Below are positions 1 to 8,885 of a stretch of 64,000 nucleotides of DNA, piece by piece. Positions within the stretch are counted from its first letter, which is position 1; each line of letters starts with the position of its first letter. A program made the position numbers and the translations under genes. The notes beneath the pieces are model-generated. The model worked only from the letters and a program-made list of their open reading frames with translations, did not search any database and was not told where the DNA came from. Origin of the DNA: an uncultured bacterium (GTDB lineage Bacteria; Patescibacteriota; Minisyncoccia; Phycocordibacterales; GWA1-40-21); NCBI GenBank assembly GCA_903831595.1, contig CAIKXY010000007.1:3944-67943 (forward strand), read 5' to 3'.

Positions 1-2
1 AT

Positions 3-413
3 AGCGGATTAGAAAATACAAACTCAATAAAAAATCCTGACAATCTTAAGGTTATTTTAGTTTTTTTTAAGATAGTAGCGAGATTATATATTTATATTAT
101 TCCTATATTTTTAATCATTGCTCTCATATCTAGCAATGTTGATGTCAGTGGACTACAGTTTTATTTTACGGTATCTCCAATAGTTATACCAGGAGGAGGA
201 TTAGCCGATGCTTTTTTTTGTTTGTTGTATGTCCTGATCTCAATTTTTTGTGGAATTTTATGTTTAATTAGTGTAAAAAAAATAGAAAATGGGAATAGAA
301 ATAGTTTAGGTGTATTGAAAGGCCTTATTACATTAACAACAATCGTAACTATAATTACTTGGCTATATGTTATTTTCCCAGTATTTTATATTGTGTCTCA
401 TGATTCTTTTTAA
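3..413 (+). CDS. Membrane protein, 5'-truncated by the window edge
   Basis: Frame 3 is open from base 3 (SGLENTNSIKNPDNLKVILVFFKIVARLYIYIIPIFLIIALISS...) into the tracked 222..413 ORF; several hydrophobic segments. Confidence 0.65.
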   Translation, partial: SGLENTNSIKNPDNLKVILVFFKIVARLYIYIIPIFLIIALISSNVDVSGLQFYFTVSPIVIPGGGLADAFFCLLYVLISIFCGILCLISVKKIENGNRNSLGVLKGLITLTTIVTIITWLYVIFPVFYIVSHDSF

Positions 414-416
414 TAA

Positions 417-1241
417 ATGAAAAATCTTAATCAAAAAACAATAATTCGATTAATATATTCTTGTTTCTTTGCAAGTCTTATTATCGCAATATTTTTTATA
501 ATTTATAAACATAATTTTATATTATTAGTGGAAGGCGTGAAAATTAACCCATTATTTTTTTTAGGTATTGTGGTAACAAATAGTTTATGGTCAATTTTAT
601 ACATTGTTTTTTTAATGGAACTATATAACTGTTTTAATGAAAAAATAAAACCAACCCTAAAAATATTAAAATCCTTAATCATTGGATTGGTAATACTTAT
701 TATAGTTGTTGTTCCAACTGTAATGATTTTATATAAAAACACAGATCATTGCGGAAATATGTCTGGTGGTATGAAGATCAGGTGTTTGGTAAATATAGCC
801 ATTATTAGAAATAACCCAAGTGAATGTGAATTTGCAAATACGAATAGTGAACCGTTTGATAGTGCATACTGTTATTCCCAAATAGCAGGTACTGCCAGCC
901 AAACATTTGATGACTGTAAGTGGCCAAGCGATTTACTTGACAAGATTAGTTGTATTGAGGATATCGCAATTTCCAATGCTAGGATAAAAAAAGAACCATC
1001 TATTTGTGAAAGCATAAACAACAAATTAAACAATTTTGCTGGTGAGTCAATTGTTCCAACTGACGGAAGGTATGAACAAGTCGTTATTAATCAGTCATTC
1101 ATCAATGACAAAGTAGACGAATGTTATAATAGTATTACGCGAGTACTTAACAATAAATCTATTTGTAATAATATTAAAGACAAAAATTCTATTGCAAAAG
1201 AGAGTTGTATAGATTATATAAACAAATATACACAAATATAA
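417..1241 (+). CDS. Membrane protein with three N-terminal TM helices and a Cys-rich repeat extracellular domain
   Basis: Hydrophobic N-terminus, then repeated C-x-x-I...C motifs (PSICESI, DECYNSI, KSICNNI) typical of CPR/DPANN surface proteins. Confidence 0.7.
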   Translation: MKNLNQKTIIRLIYSCFFASLIIAIFFIIYKHNFILLVEGVKINPLFFLGIVVTNSLWSILYIVFLMELYNCFNEKIKPTLKILKSLIIGLVILIIVVVPTVMILYKNTDHCGNMSGGMKIRCLVNIAIIRNNPSECEFANTNSEPFDSAYCYSQIAGTASQTFDDCKWPSDLLDKISCIEDIAISNARIKKEPSICESINNKLNNFAGESIVPTDGRYEQVVINQSFINDKVDECYNSITRVLNNKSICNNIKDKNSIAKESCIDYINKYTQI

Positions 1242-1289
1242 AAAATTGCCAAAGTAGAAAACAATGCTATAAACGATTCAAAACCCTAG

Positions 1290-1418
1290 AAAGAAAAAAT
1301 AATAAATTCAGTGAAATATTTCTTATGTCCATACCAGATTGCACTTACTGAAGCATTCTCAGTTGTTTTGAAAAATGGCCTAAATCTTTTGGGAATTCAA
1401 GCACCAGAAAAAATGTAG
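1290..1418 (+). pseudogene. argS: 3'-terminal fragment of arginyl-tRNA synthetase (argS remnant)
   Basis: Untracked frame reads KEKIINSVKYFLCPYQIALTEAFSVVLKNGLNLLGIQAPEKM*, matching the ArgRS C-terminal signature (L..GL.LLGI..PE.M*); preceded by in-frame TAG at 1287-1289, no start codon. Confidence 0.75.
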
Positions 1419-3307
1419 AGTTTATTTTTTTGTTCCACAGCTCGTTTATCTGAAGTGACTTTTCCCCTTAATTCTTTTACTATTTCTTCATGTGATTTTC
1501 TATTTGGCCATACTTGGTCACCATTTAACTCATATATTGGGATACCTAATCTTTTTGCTATTAATTCTTGGAATTCTCCAACAGTTGTTTTTTCTGGGTC
1601 AACCTTAAATTTATCTTTTATGTAATTCATCACCGCATTTTTAAAATCATTAATATAATTCTCTTCGGTAATTTTTTGGAAAGGGAATAGTTTTTCTAAA
1701 TTTGGTAACAACTTTTTAAAAATTGATTTTTTAATTTCAGCGATTGATGATTTCTCCACATCAATATCAGGATAATTTAAAAATCTATTGGATTTTATGT
1801 CAAAATTAGACGAATGCTCTACATCGAGATTCTTTCCAAAAAAAGAAGAAGAAAGACTAATTTTCATATCTCTTAAAATAACCCCAGGGATTTTTTCAAT
1901 ATCGTTTTTAGTAATGTTAAGTGGAAGCTGTTTTTCATCAACGTTTAGAATATAACTAACATTAGTTTTGACAAGTTTGAGATCAATACCCTTATGTTCT
2001 CGATATTCAATTTTCTTATTTTTTAAATATTCAATAACGTTTTTGCTATCCTCACTGTCTTTGATCTTAATGACCAATTTCCTACGCACCTCATCTTTAT
2101 GGGTTATTTTATATTCATCTGAATCGGGCTTGTCTAAACCATTTAACATTTTTTCGCCCATATCTTTGCCATATTCAAGCATAGTTTCTTCGATATAATT
2201 ATTTTTTGCTTGTTCTTCAGATAAGTATTCCACTGACGACACCTCAGGCAGTGCTTCTATTCTTCTTTTTATTAATAAAATATCAGAAGCTGAGACATTT
2301 GTTTCAAAATTTGCGTCAATGTCATTATATTTTTTTATTTTATCTAGGTCACTCAATATATTTGAACTTATATCCGACACTAAGCCATATTCATGGAAAA
2401 CATTACTTTCTAAAGATTCTGCCAAAGGTGCTTTGTTCTCACTCTTAATTAACCCTTTTATATTCATAGAGGAAATCGGTTTAATACCCCATACTTCAAA
2501 CATATAATCTCCACTTTGTGCGGGGTCAACAACAAAATTTTCACTATTTTCTGGACTAATTAAGAAATGGCCTTTACGGTTATCTTCATGCTTGCCCGCA
2601 CCCTCGGAGCCCATCCCATACTCACCGATAGAATGTAGTGTTTCTTCGTTACCTGTTAACCACGTTTTTTGATATGTGAGCCAGATGTTTTTATAATCTT
2701 GATTCTCCAGTATTTCTTTTATTAAATTTTTCTTTTGATTTTCTTTAACAGATTTTTCTATCACATTAGAATCAAAAGAAATTATTGATCTCCGGCTAAC
2801 TCCTGTTTTTCCCCACGCATCATTACCCAATAGTGTTGTCATATCGATCACAGCCTTAATTGAATCCTTATTTAATTTTGGGTTAATTTTTATTAATGAG
2901 TCGATTTTTTCTTTCTCTTTTTTCTCAACCCCCTCATTATACTCGGGTGTATGACGTTGAAACCTTTTGTTTATATACGGAACAGGCATTGAAAGACAAA
3001 TAGCGTCACTACCATAATATCCTATGAGACCCGCCGGTGGCATATTTAATAGTTCAGAATTAGTATTTCCTGGTGAAATAATTTTAGCCCTTCTTTCCAT
3101 TTCAAGCCATGGTAAAAGACCCTCATCTTTCCTAAAAAGAAGTGGTGTTTCAAAAATATCAATTGTCTCTCTGACTTCAACTTTCTTTTCAGACTCAATT
3201 GTGCGCCCGTATACTTTTTTGTATCTTTCCAGTCTTTTTTTCTCTTCAGCCTCAAGAGCATCTTGACTTAAACCGTTATTTCCATAGTTAAATTGATCAA
3301 AATTCAT
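1397..3307 (-). CDS. Large soluble hypothetical protein with an internal FtsX-ECD-like segment
   Basis: 636-aa ORF; TGcTATAAT (3322-3314) lies 6 nt before the ATG; segment IEALPEVSSVEYLSEEQAK...KLVIKIKDSED resembles the FtsX extracellular domain. Confidence 0.7.
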   Translation of the reverse strand: MNFDQFNYGNNGLSQDALEAEEKKRLERYKKVYGRTIESEKKVEVRETIDIFETPLLFRKDEGLLPWLEMERRAKIISPGNTNSELLNMPPAGLIGYYGSDAICLSMPVPYINKRFQRHTPEYNEGVEKKEKEKIDSLIKINPKLNKDSIKAVIDMTTLLGNDAWGKTGVSRRSIISFDSNVIEKSVKENQKKNLIKEILENQDYKNIWLTYQKTWLTGNEETLHSIGEYGMGSEGAGKHEDNRKGHFLISPENSENFVVDPAQSGDYMFEVWGIKPISSMNIKGLIKSENKAPLAESLESNVFHEYGLVSDISSNILSDLDKIKKYNDIDANFETNVSASDILLIKRRIEALPEVSSVEYLSEEQAKNNYIEETMLEYGKDMGEKMLNGLDKPDSDEYKITHKDEVRRKLVIKIKDSEDSKNVIEYLKNKKIEYREHKGIDLKLVKTNVSYILNVDEKQLPLNITKNDIEKIPGVILRDMKISLSSSFFGKNLDVEHSSNFDIKSNRFLNYPDIDVEKSSIAEIKKSIFKKLLPNLEKLFPFQKITEENYINDFKNAVMNYIKDKFKVDPEKTTVGEFQELIAKRLGIPIYELNGDQVWPNRKSHEEIVKELRGKVTSDKRAVEQKNKLYIFSGA

Positions 3308-3383
3308 AAAAAAATTATAGCATGAAAGATAAAAATGTGCTTTTTATTTTAATAAAAAACTGTTAAGATAAAACCACAAAGAT

Positions 3384-6300
3384 ATGAGTAATTCTAAACA
3401 AGAAAAAGTTAAAAACCCCATAATAAAAAGCAAATTTGCCGAAAGGGAAGAAGAAATTTTGAAATTTTGGCAAGAAAAAGATATTTTTAAAAAATCTTTA
3501 GAAAAAGACGCGCCAAAAGGTGAGTACGTTTTTTATGATGGCCCACCATTTGCTTCAGGTCTCCCACACTACGGGCATATTATTCCTGGAACGATGAAGG
3601 ATTACATGGGCAGATATCAGACAATGAAAGGGAAACATGTTGCGCGCAGATGGGGTTGGGACACACACGGTCTTCCAATTGAAAATATTGTCGAGAAAGA
3701 AATCGGATTAAAATCAAAAAAAGATATTGAAGATTATGGTATAGAAAAATTTAACGACCTAGCAAGGACGAAGATTTTTACTTATGCAGATGATTGGAAA
3801 AAAATAATTCCAAGAACGGGTCGCTTTGTTGATATGGAAAATGATTACAGAACGATGAACCCAACATACACCGAAACTGTTTGGTGGATTTTTAAAGAAT
3901 TACACAAAAAAGGACTTGTTTATGAAGGTTTCAAATCTATGCACCTATGTCCACATTGCGGTACAACCCTTTCAAATTTTGAGGTTGCTCAAGGATACAA
4001 GGACATTACAGACATCTCTGTAACGGCCAAATTTGAGCTTTTGGACGAGCCAAAAACCTTCTTTTTAGCTTGGACGACCACCCCATGGACGCTTCCAGGT
4101 AACGTGGCTTTGGCAGTAAATCCAGACATCGATTATGTAAAAATTTTGATCGGAGAAGAGAAATTTATTTTAGCGGAATCACGACTTTCTGTGATAAAAG
4201 AACATTATAAAATTATCGAAAAAACTGAGGGAAAAGCTTTAGTTGGGATCTCTTATAAACCTCTTTTTAATTTTTATGACAATAAAGATTTAAAAAATAG
4301 AGAGAATGGTTTCAAAGTTTATGATGCAAGTTTTGTTACTACAGAAGATGGGACAGGAATTGTTCATATCGCACCAGCATTTGGAGAAGATGATATGAAT
4401 CTTGGAAAAGATAAAAAATTACCATTTATTCAACATGTTGGGACAGACGGAATATTTAAAAAAGAAGTCAAAGGTTTTGCTGGAGAAAAAGTTAAACCAA
4501 TAGAAGATCCACAACGCGCAGATATCCAAATAATTAAACATTTGGCGAAAGAAGGAACACTTTATGCAAAAGAAAAATTTATTCACCCATATCCACATTG
4601 TTATAGATGTAATACTCCACTTTTGAATTACGCCACAAGCTCATGGTTTGTTGAAGTTACAAAAATTAAAGATAAACTTGTTGAGGCAAATAAAAAAATA
4701 GACTGGGTTCCATATGAAGTTGGTGATGGAAGATTTGGAAAATGGCTTGAAGGTGCTCATGACTGGGCGATTTCTAGAAGTAGATTTTGGGGAGCACCAC
4801 TTCCTGTTTGGAAATGCAATATGTGTCCGGAAAAAGAATTTATCGGCTCAATCGATGATATAAAAAAGAGAACAAGCAGAGAAAATAATTTTTTTGTTGT
4901 TAGACACGGTGAGGCAGATAGTAATGTTTTAGGAATTCTTAGTTCAAATCCAAAAACAAAACACCACTTGACCAAAAATGGCAGAGAGCAGGCTGAAGTT
5001 GCTGGAGAAAATCTTTTGAAAAACAAAATAGATGTTATTTATTGTTCACCATTTTTAAGAACAAAAGAAACCGCAGAAATTATTGCCGAAAAAATTGGTT
5101 ATCCAAAAGATAAAATAATTTATGATAAAAGATTGCATGAAATATTTGTTGGCGTCCTTGATGGCAAGCCAGATGCAGAATACCAAGCATTTTTTGAATC
5201 TCGAGAAGCAAAATTTACAAAAACTCCAGATGGCGGAGAGAATTATACGTCTGTCAAAAACAGAATGACCGAATTTTTGTATGAAGCAAACGAAAAAAAT
5301 GAAGGAAAAAATATTTTGATTATTTCGCACAATACACCAATCTGGCTTATGTATGCTGGAGCAAGTGGTTTGACTCCAAAGCAAGCGATGACAATAAGAG
5401 AAGCCGGGAAGCCATTCATAAAAAACTCTGAAATAAAAAAACTTGATTTTGCACCAATTCCACACAACAGAAATTATGAGCTCGATATGCATAGGCCTTT
5501 TATTGATGAAATAATTTTGAAATGTGCTTGTGGTGGAGAAATGAAAAGAATTCCAGAAGTTTTTGATTGCTGGTTTGAGTCTGGCTCAATGCCTTATGCC
5601 GAATCGCATTATCCTTTTGAAAATTTAGATAAATTTAATCCACAAAAAAAGATTGGTTTTCCAGCAGATTTTATTGCGGAAGGTGTCGACCAAACAAGGG
5701 GATGGTTTTATTCAATGCTTGTACTTTCTGTAGCACTTTTTGGTGAAGCCTCATATAAAAGTGTTGTTGTAAATGGGATGATGCTTGCAGAAGATGGCAA
5801 AAAAATGTCAAAAAGTTTGAAAAATTACCCAGAGATTATGGATGTTATATCGACTTATAGTGCTGATGCATTCAGGTATTCACTTTTATCGTCTCCTGTA
5901 ATAAAAGCAGAGGACTTAAACTTTTCAAATAAAAGTGTTGATGAGGCACTAAAGAAAATTATTATGAGATTGCAAAATGTCTATTCATTTTTTGAAATGT
6001 ATGGCGGTTTTGATTTGAAAGAAAAACAGAAATGGGATTCAAAAAATATTTTGGACAAGTGGATTCTTACAAGACTAAAAGAAACAGCAACTCAGATGAC
6101 GAAAGCCACAGACAAGCATGAGTTTGATAGGGCAACAAGGCCAATCGCAGATTTTGTTGATGACCTTTCAACTTGGTTTTTGAGAAGATCACGAGACAGA
6201 TTTAAATCCGAAGATGCGGAAGACAGAAATTCTGCAATGTACACGACAAAAACTGTTATTTTGGAATTTTCAAAACTTTTAGCGCCATCAATGCCTTTTC

Positions 6301-6893
6301 TTGCTGAAGATTTGTATTTAAAAATCACTGGAGGAATGGACAAGGAAAGTGTTCACTTGGAAAACTGGCCAGATAATATTGTTGGGGAGATTTCAAGTGT
6401 GGAAAATGATATTTTAGAAAAAATGAAAGAAACAAGAATGGCTGTTTCAATTGGACTTGAAGCTCGTGCAAAAGTTGGACTAAAAGTAAGACAGCCACTT
6501 GCAAGTTTGAAAGTAAAAAGTGAAAAATTAAAAGGAAATATTGAATATCTTGGTTTGATTAAAGAAGAAGTAAATATAAAAGGAATAATTTTTGATAAAA
6601 ATATTGATGCAGATGTTGAGCTTGATTCAAATATTACAACCGAACTTAAAGAAGAGGGAATTATGCGTGACATTGTCCGTGCAATTCAAGAAATGAGAAA
6701 AGTCCAAAAATTAAACCCAGGAGATTTGGCTGACCTTGTTGTTGATACAGATAAAGCAGGGCAAACTATTTTTGAAAAATTTGATAAAGAAATTTCAAAA
6801 GCCACTGGTCTAAAAGGGATTACTTTCGAGACGATGGAAGAAGGAGAAACAGTTGAATTTGATGGATTTAATGCTAGGATGTTAATTGAATAA
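3384..6893 (+). CDS. ileS: Isoleucyl-tRNA synthetase (type 2) with inserted histidine-phosphatase domain
   Basis: YDGPPFASGLPHYGH, GWDTHGLP, WTTTPWTLP, DWAISRSRFWG, EGVDQTRGWFY, KMSKS; RHG phosphatase domain at ~4885-5450. Confidence 0.97.
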   Translation: MSNSKQEKVKNPIIKSKFAEREEEILKFWQEKDIFKKSLEKDAPKGEYVFYDGPPFASGLPHYGHIIPGTMKDYMGRYQTMKGKHVARRWGWDTHGLPIENIVEKEIGLKSKKDIEDYGIEKFNDLARTKIFTYADDWKKIIPRTGRFVDMENDYRTMNPTYTETVWWIFKELHKKGLVYEGFKSMHLCPHCGTTLSNFEVAQGYKDITDISVTAKFELLDEPKTFFLAWTTTPWTLPGNVALAVNPDIDYVKILIGEEKFILAESRLSVIKEHYKIIEKTEGKALVGISYKPLFNFYDNKDLKNRENGFKVYDASFVTTEDGTGIVHIAPAFGEDDMNLGKDKKLPFIQHVGTDGIFKKEVKGFAGEKVKPIEDPQRADIQIIKHLAKEGTLYAKEKFIHPYPHCYRCNTPLLNYATSSWFVEVTKIKDKLVEANKKIDWVPYEVGDGRFGKWLEGAHDWAISRSRFWGAPLPVWKCNMCPEKEFIGSIDDIKKRTSRENNFFVVRHGEADSNVLGILSSNPKTKHHLTKNGREQAEVAGENLLKNKIDVIYCSPFLRTKETAEIIAEKIGYPKDKIIYDKRLHEIFVGVLDGKPDAEYQAFFESREAKFTKTPDGGENYTSVKNRMTEFLYEANEKNEGKNILIISHNTPIWLMYAGASGLTPKQAMTIREAGKPFIKNSEIKKLDFAPIPHNRNYELDMHRPFIDEIILKCACGGEMKRIPEVFDCWFESGSMPYAESHYPFENLDKFNPQKKIGFPADFIAEGVDQTRGWFYSMLVLSVALFGEASYKSVVVNGMMLAEDGKKMSKSLKNYPEIMDVISTYSADAFRYSLLSSPVIKAEDLNFSNKSVDEALKKIIMRLQNVYSFFEMYGGFDLKEKQKWDSKNILDKWILTRLKETATQMTKATDKHEFDRATRPIADFVDDLSTWFLRRSRDRFKSEDAEDRNSAMYTTKTVILEFSKLLAPSMPFLAEDLYLKITGGMDKESVHLENWPDNIVGEISSVENDILEKMKETRMAVSIGLEARAKVGLKVRQPLASLKVKSEKLKGNIEYLGLIKEEVNIKGIIFDKNIDADVELDSNITTELKEEGIMRDIVRAIQEMRKVQKLNPGDLADLVVDTDKAGQTIFEKFDKEISKATGLKGITFETMEEGETVEFDGFNARMLIE

Positions 6894-8184
6894 TATAGAA
6901 TTTATGAAAAAACAAGATATCATTAAAAGTATAATAATTCTAGTTATTGTCGGTCTATCAATATTTTATTTTTATAACAAAAAAACTGATATTTCCTTAA
7001 CAGATGGCTGGAAAAAACAATTTAATGAGGTAAATAATTTTACGCCAACGATTTCATCATCTACTGTTGAGAAAGTAGATTATTTTACGCTATCAACATC
7101 TTCTGACATTGGATACGCCATATATAAAAAAGGTTTTGATATAGTCGATTTATTAATACAAAATGATGATGGTTCTACTACAACAAAACGTTTTTTAACA
7201 CCATATTTTTTTATAGAAAATTTTAATGATGTCATTAAGTCCATGTCAGAAAATACATCTGCTTGTCCTGAGACTTATACTTTAGTTACAGCATCGAGCA
7301 ATGATTATTTTTCTTCTAAATTTTATATAACAAAAAATTGTATCTATGCTTCTCAAACTAGTAATAAAATAACAAAATTAAAACTTATTGCTAAAGATAA
7401 TTTTAATTCCTTTAATTTTTTGCCTGTTGGTTTTACGTTGGGTTATTATTTATATCAAAACAACGCATATTATATTGGTGTGGATAGTATAGACTTACTC
7501 ACAAATTTTAAAGAGGCTTCCGGTTTATGTGATGTAATTGAGTACGGTCCAATTTTTATTTATTATCCATCACAGGACGGTTTTTTAATTGATCGTGGAC
7601 AAAAGACTGAAGTTTCAGATTCAATTTGTGAAGGTGTTCCAACTGGTCTATATAAAGGTAACACAAAAGTATATTATTTATATAATTTAGTTGGTGGAAT
7701 GATAATTGATGAACTTAATGGGTTAAATTCAAGTACAACAGTAAAAATTGGAGAAAAGCTATTTACTGATGGAAATAAGACTGTGAGAATAGATTCTGGG
7801 AATGGAATGGATGGTACTTTTTGGGATAACGTTATCGATGTGAATATATCAGATATTTCAACATACAAAGAACTTGGGCCAGAATATGCGGTTGACTCTG
7901 TAAATGTATATTACAAGGGAAAGGCGATTGTTGGTGCCGATAGTAAAACTTTTAAAGTTTTATATGATGAAAAAGGAGGATTTGAGGGGAGTGCAGTTTC
8001 TATAGGTAGGGATAATTATTCATTATGGTATGAAAATTATAAAATTATGGAAATTAATCCTGCAACAGAGATAACTTTTAAAGGTAACGGCGGTGATTGG
8101 ACCGACAGAAGCATACATTTCAGCGATGGACAATATAATTATATATATAATGGTCCTGGTGATTTAGTTAAAGAAAAAATTTAA
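6886..8184 (+). CDS. Membrane-anchored DKNYY-repeat-like protein
   Basis: N-terminal TM; C-terminal YAVDSVNVYYKGKAIVGADSKTFKVL and GRDNYSLWY motifs; true start may be 6904. Confidence 0.65.
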   Translation: MNNIEFMKKQDIIKSIIILVIVGLSIFYFYNKKTDISLTDGWKKQFNEVNNFTPTISSSTVEKVDYFTLSTSSDIGYAIYKKGFDIVDLLIQNDDGSTTTKRFLTPYFFIENFNDVIKSMSENTSACPETYTLVTASSNDYFSSKFYITKNCIYASQTSNKITKLKLIAKDNFNSFNFLPVGFTLGYYLYQNNAYYIGVDSIDLLTNFKEASGLCDVIEYGPIFIYYPSQDGFLIDRGQKTEVSDSICEGVPTGLYKGNTKVYYLYNLVGGMIIDELNGLNSSTTVKIGEKLFTDGNKTVRIDSGNGMDGTFWDNVIDVNISDISTYKELGPEYAVDSVNVYYKGKAIVGADSKTFKVLYDEKGGFEGSAVSIGRDNYSLWYENYKIMEINPATEITFKGNGGDWTDRSIHFSDGQYNYIYNGPGDLVKEKI

Positions 8185-8186
8185 TT

Positions 8187-8223
8187 AGAAAATGGGCGGT
8201 CACGGAGTGGCCGCCCATTTTCT
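8187..8223 (+). terminator. Intrinsic terminator
   Basis: AGAAAATGGGCGGTCAC-GGA-GTGGCCGCCCATTTTCT hairpin followed by T tract. Confidence 0.85.
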
Positions 8224-8224
8224 T

Positions 8225-8253
8225 TTGACTTTATAGACTTTCGACTTTAGACT
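8225..8253 (+). promoter_or_regulatory. Sigma70 promoter of leaderless recO
   Basis: TTGACT-17bp-TAGACT, 6 nt before ATG 8260. Confidence 0.6.
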
Positions 8254-8259
8254 ATAGTT

Positions 8260-8844
8260 ATGCACCACATTTACACCACTAAAGCCATAATCATTCGAAG
8301 TATTCCTATTGGAGAGGCAAATAAATACTATTTTTTACTAACAGAAAATTTGGGATTTATTAGAGCCACCGCCCAAGGTGTCCGATTAGATAAATCAAAA
8401 TTAAAAGGGCATTTGCAGGATTTCTGTTTTGTAGAAATTTCTCTGGTAAAAGGAAAAGATATTTGGCGAATCACAAGTGTTCAAACTATTGAAGCTGGTT
8501 ATTTCATAAAAAATACAAATAAACTCATTGCGATTAAAAATGTTTTTAACTTACTCACACGTTTACTTCACGGTGAAGAGAAAAATGAGGCACTTTTTGC
8601 AAGTATTGAATCTTTTTATAATTTTTTACTAAAAAATGATTTGAATTTAGAAAATATAAAAAATCTAGAAACAATTACTGTGCTTCGTATTTTGTATCAT
8701 CTTGGCTATTTCAAAAAAACATTTGAATTATCAAATTTCGTAAAAAATCATGATGCGTCTTTAGGCCTTTTAGATATATTTAAGAAAAATAGACAAATTG
8801 CAATTCTGGATATTAATGATGCCTTGAACGAAACGCATTTATAG
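8260..8844 (+). CDS. recO: DNA repair protein RecO
   Basis: AIIIRSIPIGEANK...LLTENLG...AQGVR..KSKL RecO N-terminal OB-fold pattern; recO-x-glyS neighbourhood. Confidence 0.85.
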   Translation: MHHIYTTKAIIIRSIPIGEANKYYFLLTENLGFIRATAQGVRLDKSKLKGHLQDFCFVEISLVKGKDIWRITSVQTIEAGYFIKNTNKLIAIKNVFNLLTRLLHGEEKNEALFASIESFYNFLLKNDLNLENIKNLETITVLRILYHLGYFKKTFELSNFVKNHDASLGLLDIFKKNRQIAILDINDALNETHL

Positions 8845-8885
8845 TGCTATTTTTGCTACAAAAACATTGTGGTATAATATCTTGC

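Noticed and set aside
1397-1399. TGA recoding (genetic code 25) extending the 636-aa ORF
   Set aside because: Long genes have no internal TGA, and the downstream sequence is better explained as the argS remnant on the opposite strand
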